A stretch of 64,000 bases of DNA from assembly GCA_965649765.1 (NCBI GenBank), contig OZ287748.1, positions 96,038,001 through 96,102,000 on the forward strand, written 5' to 3'. Shown here one piece after another: positions 12,896-24,577 of this stretch. Positions within the stretch are counted from its first letter, which is position 1. Each line of letters starts with the position of its first letter. This stretch comes from Bispira polyomma. Taxonomy: Eukaryota. Below the pieces are notes generated by a model. It did no database searches. It was not told the DNA's origin and saw nothing but the letters and a program-made list of their open reading frames with translations. A program made the translations under genes and the position numbers.

Positions 12896-13158
12896 TAAGG
12901 TGACTTTAAAGTCACATGAGCTCACAATGCGTGAGAGTTAAGACCACCCTAAAGTGGTAAGTAGAGGTGAGCATAGGAGATTAAGATTGACCTTAAATTT
13001 TTAAGTTAGGGTGACCCTAATGTTTTTGAGGTCACCTAAAATTGAGGTGTGAGGTAACCTTAAGCAGTTAAATTCCTAATAGTCAAGTTTAGAGTTAAAA
13101 GAGTATTAGCAAAGCCAAATGAGTACATTATGTACTAGTTGACTGTAAGAGGACCTTA
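12896..13158. repeat. Array of about 10 degenerate TAAGGTNACCTTA palindromes, element 2 3' region
   Basis: Examples: taaggtgacttta 12896, aagattgacctta 12983, tagggtgacccta 13007, tgaggtcacctaa 13027, tgaggtaacctta 13050, taagaggacctta 13146. Confidence 0.85.
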
Positions 13159-13263
13159 TGCCCAGAACATATGATTTTCTTTACTGTTATTGAATTATTG
13201 CATGACAACATATATTATGTGTGTTATAAATGTTGTGTTTACTATTTTACAATATTTTAAGAT

Positions 13264-14310
13264 TTACATATAAAGTTTTACATAGAGACTGGCAATAAAC
13301 GTCAGCCACCAAACACCAAATTTTGTAGGGGTAGGTTGTAACGCAGCTTTAAAGGAATCTGCCACCTGAGATCCAGCATCGGCGGAATCCGTTATATAGC
13401 GCCAGACGCAATCCGACGTCCAGGTGCCATGGCGTTGAATGTCCTGCAAACGGACGTTGTTATTAAACGCAAAAGTGGCACCTGAACGCCGGAAAGCATG
13501 GACAGTGAGAGAAGAAGCCGACAAACCAAGCACCTGCAGGATATTCTTGAGGTGCCTGCGCACCCTAGTGTCAGTCAGAGGAATCCACTGGCTTGCTAAT
13601 TTATATTGGAACAGGGGAAGATTTTTACCCCCAGGGGTAATGGTCAAAACGTTTTTGATGGCCCTCACCGGGCATAAGACAGAGGCAGGAAGAGCAGGAA
13701 TGGTGATTAACTTTACTTGGTCATTGGTTTGCAGGGTCTTCGACCACTTGATCATGATGACTGCATAGCCGTGTTTGAATAATACATCAGCCTGAGCCAA
13801 ATGCTTTAGAGGGGAAAAACCACTAATGGAATGAGGACACAAGTTTGACAATCTTAAGAAGCTGAAAAAACTTAACAAGTACACAGCTTTAAATACCTGA
13901 CCCATATACATTGAGTCGCATTTCTTGACTAAAGCAGTCATGAGTGGTATATCAAACAGAGACTTCAGCTTGGCCTGCAGTGGTCTGTTAACAAGGAGAG
14001 CCCGGTTATAGTAACTGATTTTCGGATCCAAAAAGCCATCCACGTTAACACTAAGCAAAATATAACGGGCCTTAATGGCTGAGATATAATTTACAATTTG
14101 TGCATGGGAAACCCTATTACAGGAAAGAAACTCTAGGAAACATAAAAGTTGGAACGTGGTCACCTTAGTAGGGGGCCAACACATGAAGGCCCCGAACGCC
14201 AAGAAGAGCCAGAACATCCTGTCATATGCTTTGCTGGTAGAAGTCGCAAAAGCAGAATTCAGACGCTGAACAGCCCTCCCAGTGAGTAGTGCTTCAACAG
14301 GATGTTTGAC
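13264..14310 (-). CDS. Tyrosine recombinase of element 2 (open frame)
   Basis: The catalytic R-K-H-R-H/W-Y set is visible: FSFLRLSN, KWSKT, HAFRRSGAT, HGTWTSDCVWRY. It is in frame with the RNase H tail in this copy. Confidence 0.88.
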   Translation of the reverse strand, partial: VKHPVEALLTGRAVQRLNSAFATSTSKAYDRMFWLFLAFGAFMCWPPTKVTTFQLLCFLEFLSCNRVSHAQIVNYISAIKARYILLSVNVDGFLDPKISYYNRALLVNRPLQAKLKSLFDIPLMTALVKKCDSMYMGQVFKAVYLLSFFSFLRLSNLCPHSISGFSPLKHLAQADVLFKHGYAVIMIKWSKTLQTNDQVKLITIPALPASVLCPVRAIKNVLTITPGGKNLPLFQYKLASQWIPLTDTRVRRHLKNILQVLGLSASSLTVHAFRRSGATFAFNNNVRLQDIQRHGTWTSDCVWRYITDSADAGSQVADSFKAALQPTPTKFGVWWLTFIASLYVKLYM

Positions 14311-16769
14311 TGCCAATTGATGTAATAGTCGGTGATTAGCAGTGGTTTCCTGCCATCTTGACAGCAAATCTGCTACCTTATTTTTAGCCCCCATGATATG
14401 TATGACATTAAGTTCAATATTGAACTGGCTAATCAGCATGTAGATATTCCTAGAATACGTGGCCAAGACGGAATCTCTGGTCTTACCACTTTGCAATATA
14501 CTTACTACCGCCTGATTGTCACATTTGACCAATAACTTATGGCCCCGCCACACCGAGGCCCAGATCTTCAAAGCTACTAGAATGTTTACACCTGGTCTCC
14601 ATAGATTCCCCCCATGCCTGTTAAACAAGCATCTAACTCGATTTGTGCTGTAACTTTACGATGGGAGAAGAAAGAAACCCCATTAAATTGTTCCATGAAT
14701 TTTATGAACCAATAAAGATCCCTGGTGAATTCAGTGGTGACCCTGATCTGCCTCTTGCTGTGATTTTGCCTCAGCATCTCAAGCATTCGATTCAAAAATA
14801 TCCTTGCATATTTTATACATTTTGCGACATACAATAGTAAGCCAACAAGAGATTGTAACTCCCTCTTGGTGCAATGAGTTTTTCCCTGCCATTCAAGGCA
14901 AATTGCTTTAATTTGGAGTAATTTTTCGGGGGGTATAGAACAAGTGAAGTTTTCAGTGTTTACTACTATACCCAGACACGTTACCTCTGTGGCAGGTGCT
15001 ACTAGTTTTTTCTCGCTGACAGTTAGCCCAAGTTTGGCCAGAAGTGCTTGTAACCTGATGTAGATTGTCTCAATTTTGCTGGGAAGCGATATTGACAAAA
15101 GATCGTCGATGTAGTTGTGTACGGTAAACCTTCCAACTTCATAATATACCTAACTGCGGTCGAAAGCCTCTGAAAAATTGTCGAACCGTTCTGGTAACCA
15201 AACGGTAGGGATTTATCTATATAATAGGACTTCCATTTTAAGCCCAACAAGTCTATGTCGCCCGGATCCATAGGTACATGGCGAAACGCCCTACTAACGT
15301 CTACTTTTAAAATTTTGCAACCTTTACCTAATCTGAGAACTTCTTTAGTCAAATTATCTACAGATGGGTATGACAAAATAAATTCAGTACCAAGGTAAGT
15401 TGATGGTGAGACTCCAGCATTAACCGAAGCGCCTTTTGGCCAACTAAGGTCCACGATTACTCTCCTATTGGTGGAACTCGATTTGTCACGTGTCATTAAT
15501 GGAGAAAAGTGAAGTTTTTCCATTGGTTGCTCCTTAAAAGGACCCAGCATCGCGCCCCAATCACATTCGTCCTTCATGTAAGTATCCACGTGTTCAGGGA
15601 ATTCTAGAGCCGATTTATGATTCTCGCCCTCTGATTGGATGGTGCTTGACCTATCAAAATCCAGGGGAAAACCGTATTTTATTAATAAAGGCAATTGCCA
15701 ATCCCAATAATTACTCAGATATTTGGCCCAGACCCCTGCGTGTAACTGAGAAGGGACAGGTATTTGTAAGCCCAAAAAATTACTTCTGCCATCAGCCCTA
15801 ATTAACTCGTGCATTTCCAAAATGGACATACTGTTATGCTTTACATTTTAATCCCCGATTCTGTCACCCAGAGTACTAATGGGAGTGAAACCATATGGAA
15901 ATTCCGTTTGTGTTTGCCATTCAATGAACGTGTTGACACCTTGAGCTTTTTGTAGCAGTAATTTTTTATTTTGTTTCCGACGCAGCTCCCAGGAATATTT
16001 GTCAGACCACACATTATATTCAGAAGTGTTAGCCCCGAAGTCTCCACTCCCCTGAATAGCACAGTGAACTGGGGAAATGACAATGGGGCCTCCACCCTCT
16101 GTGCCACTGCCCACCATGTGTGGTTTATTGGTCTCTGACTGGGGTCTTAGCCTGCTTCACACCTTTGTTGTTTCCTCTGCCCAAGCCGTTGAAATTCTTG
16201 GTATTGGCAGAGTCTTTTATACTGAGTGTTTTTTTAACACTTTCTCCCCCCCCATTGCCATGGTTCTGTGGGGTGTCAAAACATTCATTACTTCTTACAG
16301 CCCTATCCCCATTGTTTCCCTCACACCTTTCTTCAAGAATGGCGAACCTATTGTGGAGGGTGACAGCCTGTTCCCTAGGGTACTCAGGGCGTCTATTGAC
16401 CCTTTGTTCAGGTTTAACAAATTTCCCCACCTGTATTTTGTTGTCAAGAACATTTTGAACTCGAGATTTATGTTTACCTTTGGTTTGGGCAGTCTTCTCC
16501 CGCCCCTGCTGTTTAGACACACTACTACTTTGCCTTATATATTTACAAGCTACACCAGTTCCGCCTTTAACCGCGTCACTGTAACTGAAACCATTTTTCT
16601 TTTCTTTAACATACTGGCACATTTTATGTACCGTGTCTTTACAAAACAAATCAAAATCTTTGAAATTCGAGCTATAAACCGTTCTGGTCCACGCTACATT
16701 ATTTCTATTTTCATGCGCCACTGCACTATGGCAGTGGCTACCTAGTTTTTTGTAATTTTCTTGGTACAC
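14310..16769 (-). pseudogene. Pol (N-terminal extension, RT, RNase H) of element 2
   Basis: Motifs RRVIVDLSWP, KVDVSRAFRH and LPFGYQNG. A 1-nt loss near 15127 hides HNYIDD. RNase H shows IELDACLTGMGG, CDNQAVV and NKVADLLSR. A small deletion near 14588 removes the HLE segment present in element 1. No DIRS-type methyltransferase follows RNase H. Confidence 0.88.
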
Positions 16770-17753
16770 ATATTCGTTCTGTGACTGGCGTCACAAGTCT
16801 CGCAGGTATGCTTATAGAATTGGGTACCTGTTTTGTGGTTTGTCGGATACTTGCAAGTCCCTTCCTGGAAGAACCTGCATGTAACCGAGCCCTGTTTCGC
16901 CCCCGTCTTCTTTAAACCGACCCCTGAATTCCGAGCAGCATTCGCTGAAGCCGTGTTTGGGAGTATGTGCCTGGGCATGAGCCCTACGGATTCTATCTAC
17001 TTTGTCTGTGTCCGTCCAATTTAGCCTATCCATTTCCATGTTTGTCAAAATGACAGCGTGACAGGCCTTTGCGGCCTCCCAGGAGAAGTCCTGTGCATCC
17101 TCCATCAGACCCCCCATGTATTCTAGCATGGCAGCCCTGACTTTCGGACACTTTTCGTCCTGGATGATCCAAGTAAACCCGCTGACCCACTGTAGTAGAG
17201 TAAGGTCGTCGTAAGAAGGCCTGGCTTTGGAAGAACCCGACAAGACATCATTCTGTGGCCAGTCCACTACTCGTTTCACAATAACGTCCGTCCCCCCTCC
17301 CCTCTGCGATTTAACTTTACCTTGGGGGTTTTCATTCAGGGTTTTTAACTCAGCGAGCCGCTGCTCGACCTGCGTTTGGATTTGAACATTTTGCTTTAAA
17401 AATTCGACGCTAGGAACAATAGTGTCATTACCTTCAACAGGGTCACTTTCAAAGCTGGCAGAACTGATCCCGGAATCGGAAATAGGGTTACCACCCTTAG
17501 CACTGTTGAGGTTCTCGGTCAGAGCCGCCTCAGTCAGCTGCACCCGTTTGTCCATTTTTTCCATCGCTTCATTCATGGTTTGTAACTGTTTGAGAATAGC
17601 TTCAGAAATAGAATTACTTATTTGACCATTTTCCGTGGACTCCTGGGTGTGGCTGTCTTGGCTGGCCTGATCCTCAAAAGTGCAGTGTTTCCCTGTGGGC
17701 TTTGCATGTCTTTTAAAGCATTTCGAACATGAGTACTCTCTCACCGGAGACAT
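16742..17753 (-). pseudogene. Gag-like ORF1 of element 2, one frameshift
   Basis: ORF 17753..16812 (CSKCFKRH, VVDWPQ, MEDAQDFSWEAAKACHAVIL) shifts near 16972 (IRRAHAQ/RHILP) into the zinc finger CRFFQEGTC...HTCETCDASHRTNMC. It aligns with the element 1 Gag. Confidence 0.85.
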
Positions 17754-17967
17754 GACTATGTATAAGTTTGAATAATACTACAATAAAACCATTTAAAAGA
17801 ACTAAAAACATTAAAATTAAAGTAGATAAATTCAAGCCACGCCGTTTTTAAATGCTTGTTGTTCTGCAAACTTCGAAAAAGGCGGCAAAAGTTAGGAGGC
17901 GAGGGCTTTTATAGTCGTGGACAGCCCCCACCCCCTCACAATAGCCTGGTATCCCAGCACTGAATAA

Positions 17968-17987
17968 GGTAGCGCCGAGGCGCTACC
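17968..17987 (-). other. Perfect 5'-terminal hairpin of element 2
   Basis: On + it reads ggtagcgc-cgag-gcgctacc. The sense strand gives an 8-bp stem with a c(CUCG)g loop, extendable by G-U pairs to the second base of the element. Confidence 0.85.
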
Positions 17988-18463
17988 CCATACTTTTTCA
18001 TATATCGATTATATTTATTTCAGTATATAATCAAACTAATGTTACAATGTTACATCAAGATATAAAAAATACTATTTGGTAATAATTACGTTTACATATA
18101 TTTGGTAGGCCATACACTATTGGAAATTTGTTTCTGCGATAGTTGTAAAATTATTCCTAATATTAGTCCTTGTAAGATACTATTTCTGCTTCACCATGAA
18201 ATACTAACTCCAGCAATACACACTCTCAAAAATATTCCTCCACAGAGACCATATCATGGTAAAACAGTTATAAGGATCATTAATTTTGGACAGCTTTTTT
18301 TTGCCTAATACATATGGCTTTATTTTATTCTGTAAAGTGAGTAAGTTCAGCACGTTTTGGTTCACATAAAGATAAAATGTGTAGTAGTTTACAAAACAAA
18401 ATTTAGTGGCCACAGACTTGCATCGTGTGAATAATATCCTAACATTTGAGCTTTTTTGGTAAT

Positions 18464-18985
18464 ACCCCTGTTTCACTATGCCGATCTTACCACACAACCT
18501 TAACGATTATAAGTTTGGGGGCCATTATCATGGACGATTCGTCCCAGTAACGACTTAACTCTTGATGAAAATAAGGAGAGGTCGCAGAGGTTTTCAAACA
18601 TGTCAGATAAGCTCTGCGAGTGAATTTGTATCGGCCGATCAGTCTGGCCCCCTTTAGAATCATCTTTTCCTTGCAACAACTTATCTTTTCAGTTAAGACT
18701 TTAAAAAAAAAGACTTAACTTTTCCTTCCAATGACTTACCTTTTGATAAAAAAAGTTCACCTCAAACAGCAAGGTTGGCCAATTCATCTTTATCAGATTG
18801 TGGTGGGTTTGATACCTATCTTTTTGAGTTAAGACTTATCTTTTGTTATGTTTTCCTTCCAAAGACATATCTTTTGGTCCCTCCAGACTTATCTTTTCAA
18901 TCTTTAGATGCAAATTTTTTTGAAAAAAAAGTGGGGAAATGCCAAGGATTGGGTAGGATCATAGTCTTGATAGTGAAACCGCATG
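18464..18985. mobile_element. MITE-like insertion, possibly PIF/Harbinger-derived
   Basis: Inverted ends gtttcactat (18470) and atagtgaaac (18970), with further imperfect pairing. Internal gacttatctttt repeats. Absent from unit B at about 48382. Confidence 0.6.
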
Positions 18986-20121
18986 ATTAGACTTATTACA
19001 TTAGCAATCATGGCCTCATTTTAGTTTTAAAACCATTCCAAGGATCTATAACTTTACAATAACCTGCAAAAAATAATTTTTTTCACTCCTTTGGCCACAT
19101 AGTCCGCATAAGTCACAATCACACCAACATATTTTATACAGTTATTCTATATTGGAACTATTTATATTGCCGTATATTGTATAAAAAGTTTTTATAATGA
19201 ACTGTGTTCAAATTCATGCACCATTTTTATTCGCAATGTGGATGGATGTCTTTTATTTGATTAGCCTTTGATACAATTATTTACTACCCCTCCCTGAGTT
19301 TATAATTATTGTCACATAGAAAGGTATGTATTGTCATATAACAGTTCATTACCACTCTTATATTGAAAAACAAACAACAATTTGAGAGCCAATGTGTTGG
19401 AATATTAAGAAATATATGATCTAATATAATCCAATTAGTTCATTCCGTAATGGCAGTTAACATAACTTGTATACATAACAAAAAAATTTAATTATCCCCC
19501 AATTAATCTGGAGGGATTACAGATATAGAGAGATCTATAGATTGTAATGTAAACACGCTGTAAATTGTTTCAGCTCAATTTACCTTGAGGCATTACAATA
19601 CATTGGATAATTGAACAATAAGGAAGTCTGTATTACAGGATACTATAAACTGCCTCAACATACTCTGATTGAAAATACACCGAAGAGAACAGCAATGTCA
19701 AGTGTATATATAACATCTGAAAAGGACACTTGACATAATCAGAACAGTAATTAGAGACAGTATATTGTTCCCAGTATAACTGATTTGTAATTGTATTTTT
19801 ATATTTTCATAGTCAGGGCTAGTCATGAAATGGCCCAAGTTGTCTTTTAACACAGTTATCAAATCTACAATAAGTAAGTCCAAAGGAAAAAAATCTGTGT
19901 AAGTCTTTGGGAGTTTTTTGACATATAATCTACTATAATATTATCAAATGAAATAAATAAATTGTAGATGGTATAATTAGATATGATGTTGGTATAATTA
20001 GATATGATGTACCGTGTGTTCTTTGGTCATGCAGATGTATGACTTTATAATTTTCAACAATTTATACTCATTCCTGTGTATTTAAATTGATATTCAGCAC
20101 ATTTATTCAGGAAACATGTGT

Positions 20122-20493
20122 AACTAGACCTAGTGCATCACACAGAACCGATGTATAGTTGTATCCGCCAGAAAGACAAAGCACCCTCGGTAGCAAGCCT
20201 ATGATTTCCTATAGGGCATTTATGCTAAAGCCTTAAATGGCACAAGTGTGTTTCACATTGCAAACCTGTGGGACCAATAATAAGTCTGTGATAGGCACTT
20301 TTCGGTTTGACCAAGACTGACCTTGAACGGCCAAATCAGACCACAAGGCCAAATCAGACCACATCAAAAGATTCCCAGGCCTCAATTTTCTACAAGTTGG
20401 TTTTATATTCCAAACCTCCAAGACGAATAATAGGCGACAGTAGCGTAATAAAGTGTAATCCATAGTATCACTGGAGTTTTCCGGTGGATACAA
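20122..20493. mobile_element. Helentron-associated (HINE-like) non-autonomous element
   Basis: Asymmetric 16-bp inverted repeat ttgtatccgccagaaa (20159) / tttccggtggatacaa (20478). CTAG at 20124, about 35 bp outside the left repeat. Internal tandem ggccaaatcagaccac. Confidence 0.55.
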
Positions 20494-21067
20494 TTATGGA
20501 CCACAAATTAAAGTGATTATGAGAGATGACTGGACATTTTAGTCATTTCACGCAATAGCTAGGCGTAATACTCAAATAAATGGTTGTTATGATCGTGACC
20601 TGGCACATAGTTGCTGTACACACAGTGATGGAACAGATGCTGACTACTGGTGGGTTGATTTGGGAGAGACAGTTATTGTAAAGTCTGGCAAAGAGACATT
20701 TATCGTGAGTATTTCTACAAAGCCAAGAACTGTAACTGTTTCTCTGAACCACTAGATTTAATTCATGCAGCATTCTGATGTGCAAATTGTTTTTGTAAAC
20801 TACCCATTGTGCTATCAGTTAACTCCATGGATGGTGCGCTTTAGAGGATACTGGGATATAAATTTGGACAATTTTCATTACATTACAATATATTACACTG
20901 TTTACTGTGCTTAATATAAAGATGAGATGTCCTAAGTTGGGTGTTTTGTAAAGTAACTTTAGTTTATCCTGGATTATTTTGGCATAGACATCTCATAATT
21001 CTTGAGCATCAGCATATGTCCGAGGGCACATAGTAAAATATATACAACCTAATTTTGTGTATGAAGT

Positions 21068-24000
21068 GTATCTGTATCTGTAGTATACTGGATAACCTCC
21101 TATTGGAGTAACACATCCAGGCATGCATGGTGGTTTAAATAAAATTAGTAAGGGTTTTTCAATTTAGTTTTAAACGGTTCAATTGATTTTGCGTCAATAA
21201 TGTTACTATTCAAATTATTCCATATTGGAATTATCCTAGGAAAGAAAGAGTATTTGAACTGATCACACGTAGATCTTATGTGTTGAAACTGCAGGTGGTG
21301 TTTCCTTCTTGTGGATGAGGTTGACCGCTCCAGGTGCTCTTGGTGATCTATTCCTATCAGGTTGTTAATGGTCTTGTAAAAGAAACTGAGGCTAGCATCA
21401 GTCCTTCTCTGTTCCAGTGTGTCCCAACCTAGCTCCTCAATCATTTTGGTCACACTTGTCTCTATATTATAGTTTCTGCATACAAAACGTGCACTCCTTC
21501 TTTGTACTGCCTCAAGTTGGTAAATGTCCTTCTTAAAGTAAGGGTTCCATACAATGGCAGCATACTCCAGTTTTGAGCATACCAGAGCGAAATAGGCAAG
21601 TTCCTCGAGTTCTTTAGGGCAGTTAAACAGGTTGCGTCGGAGGAATCACAAAGTGGAGTTTGCCTTCTTACATACTGTGGAGATGTGAGTACTCCATTTA
21701 GCACTTGAATGAAGTAGGACGCCCAAGTAAGGGTTTGTATCCTTTTCCTCTAGGATGTGGTTACAAAGAGTGTACGGTGTGATAATTGGGGCTTTTGATC
21801 TGCTAAATCTCGTAACATAGCATTTTATGGGATTAAAGTGCATTTTTCATTGGTTTGCCCATTTTCTAAGGAGAGTAGGTCTTGCTGGAGGATAAGAGCA
21901 TCAGTTACTGTATTAATAGTCCTGTATAAAAGGCTGTCATCTGCAAAAAGTCGTACCTGTGATTTTACACGAGATGGTGGATCATTTATGTAGCATAAGA
22001 ACAGTAGGGGACCCAGTACTGAAACCTGTGGTACACCTGATGTAACTGGTGCTTCAGACGAAGATATTACATTTACTATAACTCTTTCTATTCTGTTAGC
22101 TAAAAAGGAGGATACCCAGTTATGAGCTAACCCTGCAATTCCCATAGAGTGCAGTTTTTTCAGTAGGAGACTGTGGCTGACTTTATCAACGGCCTTCGCG
22201 AAGTCTAGTATTATCATATTCAATTGTGCTTTATTGTTGTAGTGCTTGCATATATCATCTATTGTTACGATGAGTTGGGTCTCACATGAATGTTTACTAC
22301 GAAAACCATGTTAGTAGGGTGTTAAAATGTGATGTTTGTCAAGATGGTTTCGAATATGTTTACATATAATATGTTCCATAGTTTTACAACATACGCTAGT
22401 TAAAGATACTGGTCTGTAGTTTTCTGCTTCGTGTTTGTCACCTTTCTTAAAGATGGGTGCCACATTTGCTTTTAGCCAGTCTTTAGGGAGTGTACCACTT
22501 TTTAGGGACTGTTCAAAAATATAGGTGAGAACAGGTGATTATTCCTCAGCACAATGTTTTAACACTCTGTTTGCCAGATTATCTGGTCCTGATGCAGAAT
22601 TTGTTTTTAGTTACTGGAGGAGTTTGGTTACTCCTTTACGGCAGATGTAAAGATGGTCTATTTCAGGATATGTTGGATTAGGAGGTGATGTATCATCGTC
22701 AGTGTCCTGGGTGAAGACAGATTGGAATTGATTGTTAAGAATTTCGGCTTTTGCTTCATCATCACTGTTAAGCTTTCCATTTAATTTCAGGGGTTGGACA
22801 CCAATGTTTTCATTTTTCTTACTCTTCACATAGTTTCAAAATTTCTTAGTGTCTTTTTCTTCAAAGCTGGTTTTTAGGATGTTCCCCACATGATGACTAT
22901 GAGCTTTTCTGATTTCTTTTTGACATTGATGTTTTAGATCTTTGAATTTATTCCAATCACTTCTGCTATTTGAGCTTTTAGCCTTTTCATATAGTGTATT
23001 TTTCTTCTTAATCAGATGTTTTAGGTCTCTGTTTAACCATGATAGGTTGTATCTGGTTGATGTAATTTTAGATGGTACATTTTTAACAACTGCTTCATTA
23101 ATTGAGTTTTTAAAATACTCCCATTGCTCATCCACAGTTTTACACTTGGATTTGTAGAATTTATCACTAAAATCACTTAATTTATGTTTTACTGCAGCTA
23201 TGTTTTCATCTGTGTACTTATAGAGAGTTCGTGATTTTTTCTTGTTGTGTTTTGCTTGGATGTTGAAATCTGTAACTACTATATCGTGATCAGAAATTCC
23301 CGGTGTAGTGCTTACTTTATTTACCAGTGATGGTTTGTTGGAAAAAACAGGTCGAGGGTATTTTTGTCCCAAGTTGGTTCTTCCACTTGCTGTTCCAGTG
23401 AGAAGTCATCTGTTGTATTTAATAATGCGCTACAAAGTTTAATATTCTTGCCACTTGGTTTTGTACATTTAGTAGACCAGTCAATATCTGGAAGGTTAAA
23501 ATCACCTCCAAGCATTATATGCTTGTTACTAATGTCTTTTGGAAGTTGTTCTAGTGTGTTTTTAGACCTTCTAACAGTTCTTCTAAGTTGTTAGGGTGTC
23601 TATAGAAGCTTCCAATAATTAGACTTTTTGTGTTTTTCAAGTCTACTCTAGCCCATATAATTTCGGTGTTGTCTTGATCTAAATTCATGGCAGAAGATAT
23701 ATGATCAGTGTGTACTGCTATGAATACACCACCTCTGTTACTATTCCTGTCCTTTCTATAAATGTTATAATTTCGTGGAAATATTTCAGAGTTTGTAATG
23801 GAGCTTTCTAACCAACTTTCTGATCCAATAATTCAGTCTGGTTTAATATAATCAATGGCTGTTAAGAATTGTGGGTTATTCTTTTTAACGCTCCTACAGT
23901 TAATGACTATTGTTCTCCAGTGTTTTTTACTGGCAGGACCTTTTGTCAGCTTTGGTTTTGGAGTTCTTGGAGAAGATGTAGCCAGAGGGATTGGAGTTGG

Positions 24001-24577
24001 TGGAGGTGTGGACGGTAGTCCAGAGATTGTATTTAAAGACAAGGATTCAAAACGGGTTGAAACATCTAGTTCATAAGAATTAAAGAATGAGGAGTCAAAA
24101 TTAGGCAGACCACAATTACAACCAATCCACGACACATTTGAATGGTGTAGTGTGCTGTAAACAGCTGAGGATACATTTGCACAGGATTTATGATACCAGA
24201 TATTACAGTTGTCACAGCATATACCTTTTTGGTTCCAGCGAACGGGTTTATCACAACAACCACATGGAAATTTACAGGGACCTGGATTGATGTTTATGTC
24301 TCTAGAAGTAAGTAGTAGTGATAAAACATACCACGTTATGTTTCCATTTCCGTTATTGTACTGCGATGGGTCTGCGGTAAGATTGTGGCATCTTCTTGTC
24401 CTGAAGGTGCTGACACAAAATAAATCCAAGGATAAACTATCGAGATTGGTGAAGCTGTTGCTTAAGCCTGTATGCACTTTTTTTGAGTTTGATGATCTTC
24501 ATGGCGAGTGTGACTTAGAGTATTGATGAGAAGGTAGACGAAGCAGACGAAGAAGCACCTGGCAGTGGCCATTTTGG
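21068..24577 (-). mobile_element. Near full-length, frameshifted CR1/L2-group LINE: 2A-like motif, PHD finger, AP endonuclease, RT
   Basis: PHD CGCCDK...ICCDNCNIWYHKSC. Endonuclease INCRS, GGDFNLPDIDW, ISDHDIV. RT LDFAKAVDKVSH, GVPQVSVLGPLLF, LFADD. C-terminus SFFPRIIPIWNNL. 3' (GATACA)n tail at 21068-21082. 5' CAAAATGGC at about 24567-24575. Confidence 0.9.

Larger units (their letters stand above)
12752..17992 (-). mobile_element. YR retrotransposon element 2 (Ngaro-like proteins, atypical ends), 5241 bp, best-preserved copy
   Basis: Gag, RT, RNase H and YR are all recognisable, with few lesions. Ends are defined by the empty site aaatagttt|cttttccat at 47939/47940. No TSD. Confidence 0.95.
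1..19460 (+). repeat. Segmental duplication unit A, paralogous to unit B (about 32404..48595)
   Basis: Colinear matches: 9-45 with 32410-32447; TLR1 with TLR2; 5310-5468 with 37103-37263; 6111-6239 with 40895-41021; 6239-6686 with 45666-46100; 11431-12751 with 46161-47939; 17993-18460 with 47940-48382; 19383-19460 with 48516-48595. Non-coding identity is roughly 80-88% by eye. Confidence 0.9.

Noticed and set aside
12752-13264. Split direct repeats or an ICR in the 3' region of element 2 (also sought in elements 1 and 3)
   Set aside because: No direct or complementary copy of the 5' terminal sequence or circle junction was visible by eye beyond the short terminal inverted repeat. A dot-plot should confirm this.
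13264-14628. 454-aa ORF as a novel natural RNase H-YR fusion
   Set aside because: Its start results from a deletion-induced frameshift near 14588, and element 1 shows a different deletion-made fusion. An intact consensus is needed before calling it natural.
16077-16745. Plus-strand ORFs over the YR elements and the LINE (e.g. 16077..16745, 10508..10885, 43575..44057, 24209..24526)
   Set aside because: They are antisense shadows of minus-strand TE coding sequence, with no recognisable motifs.
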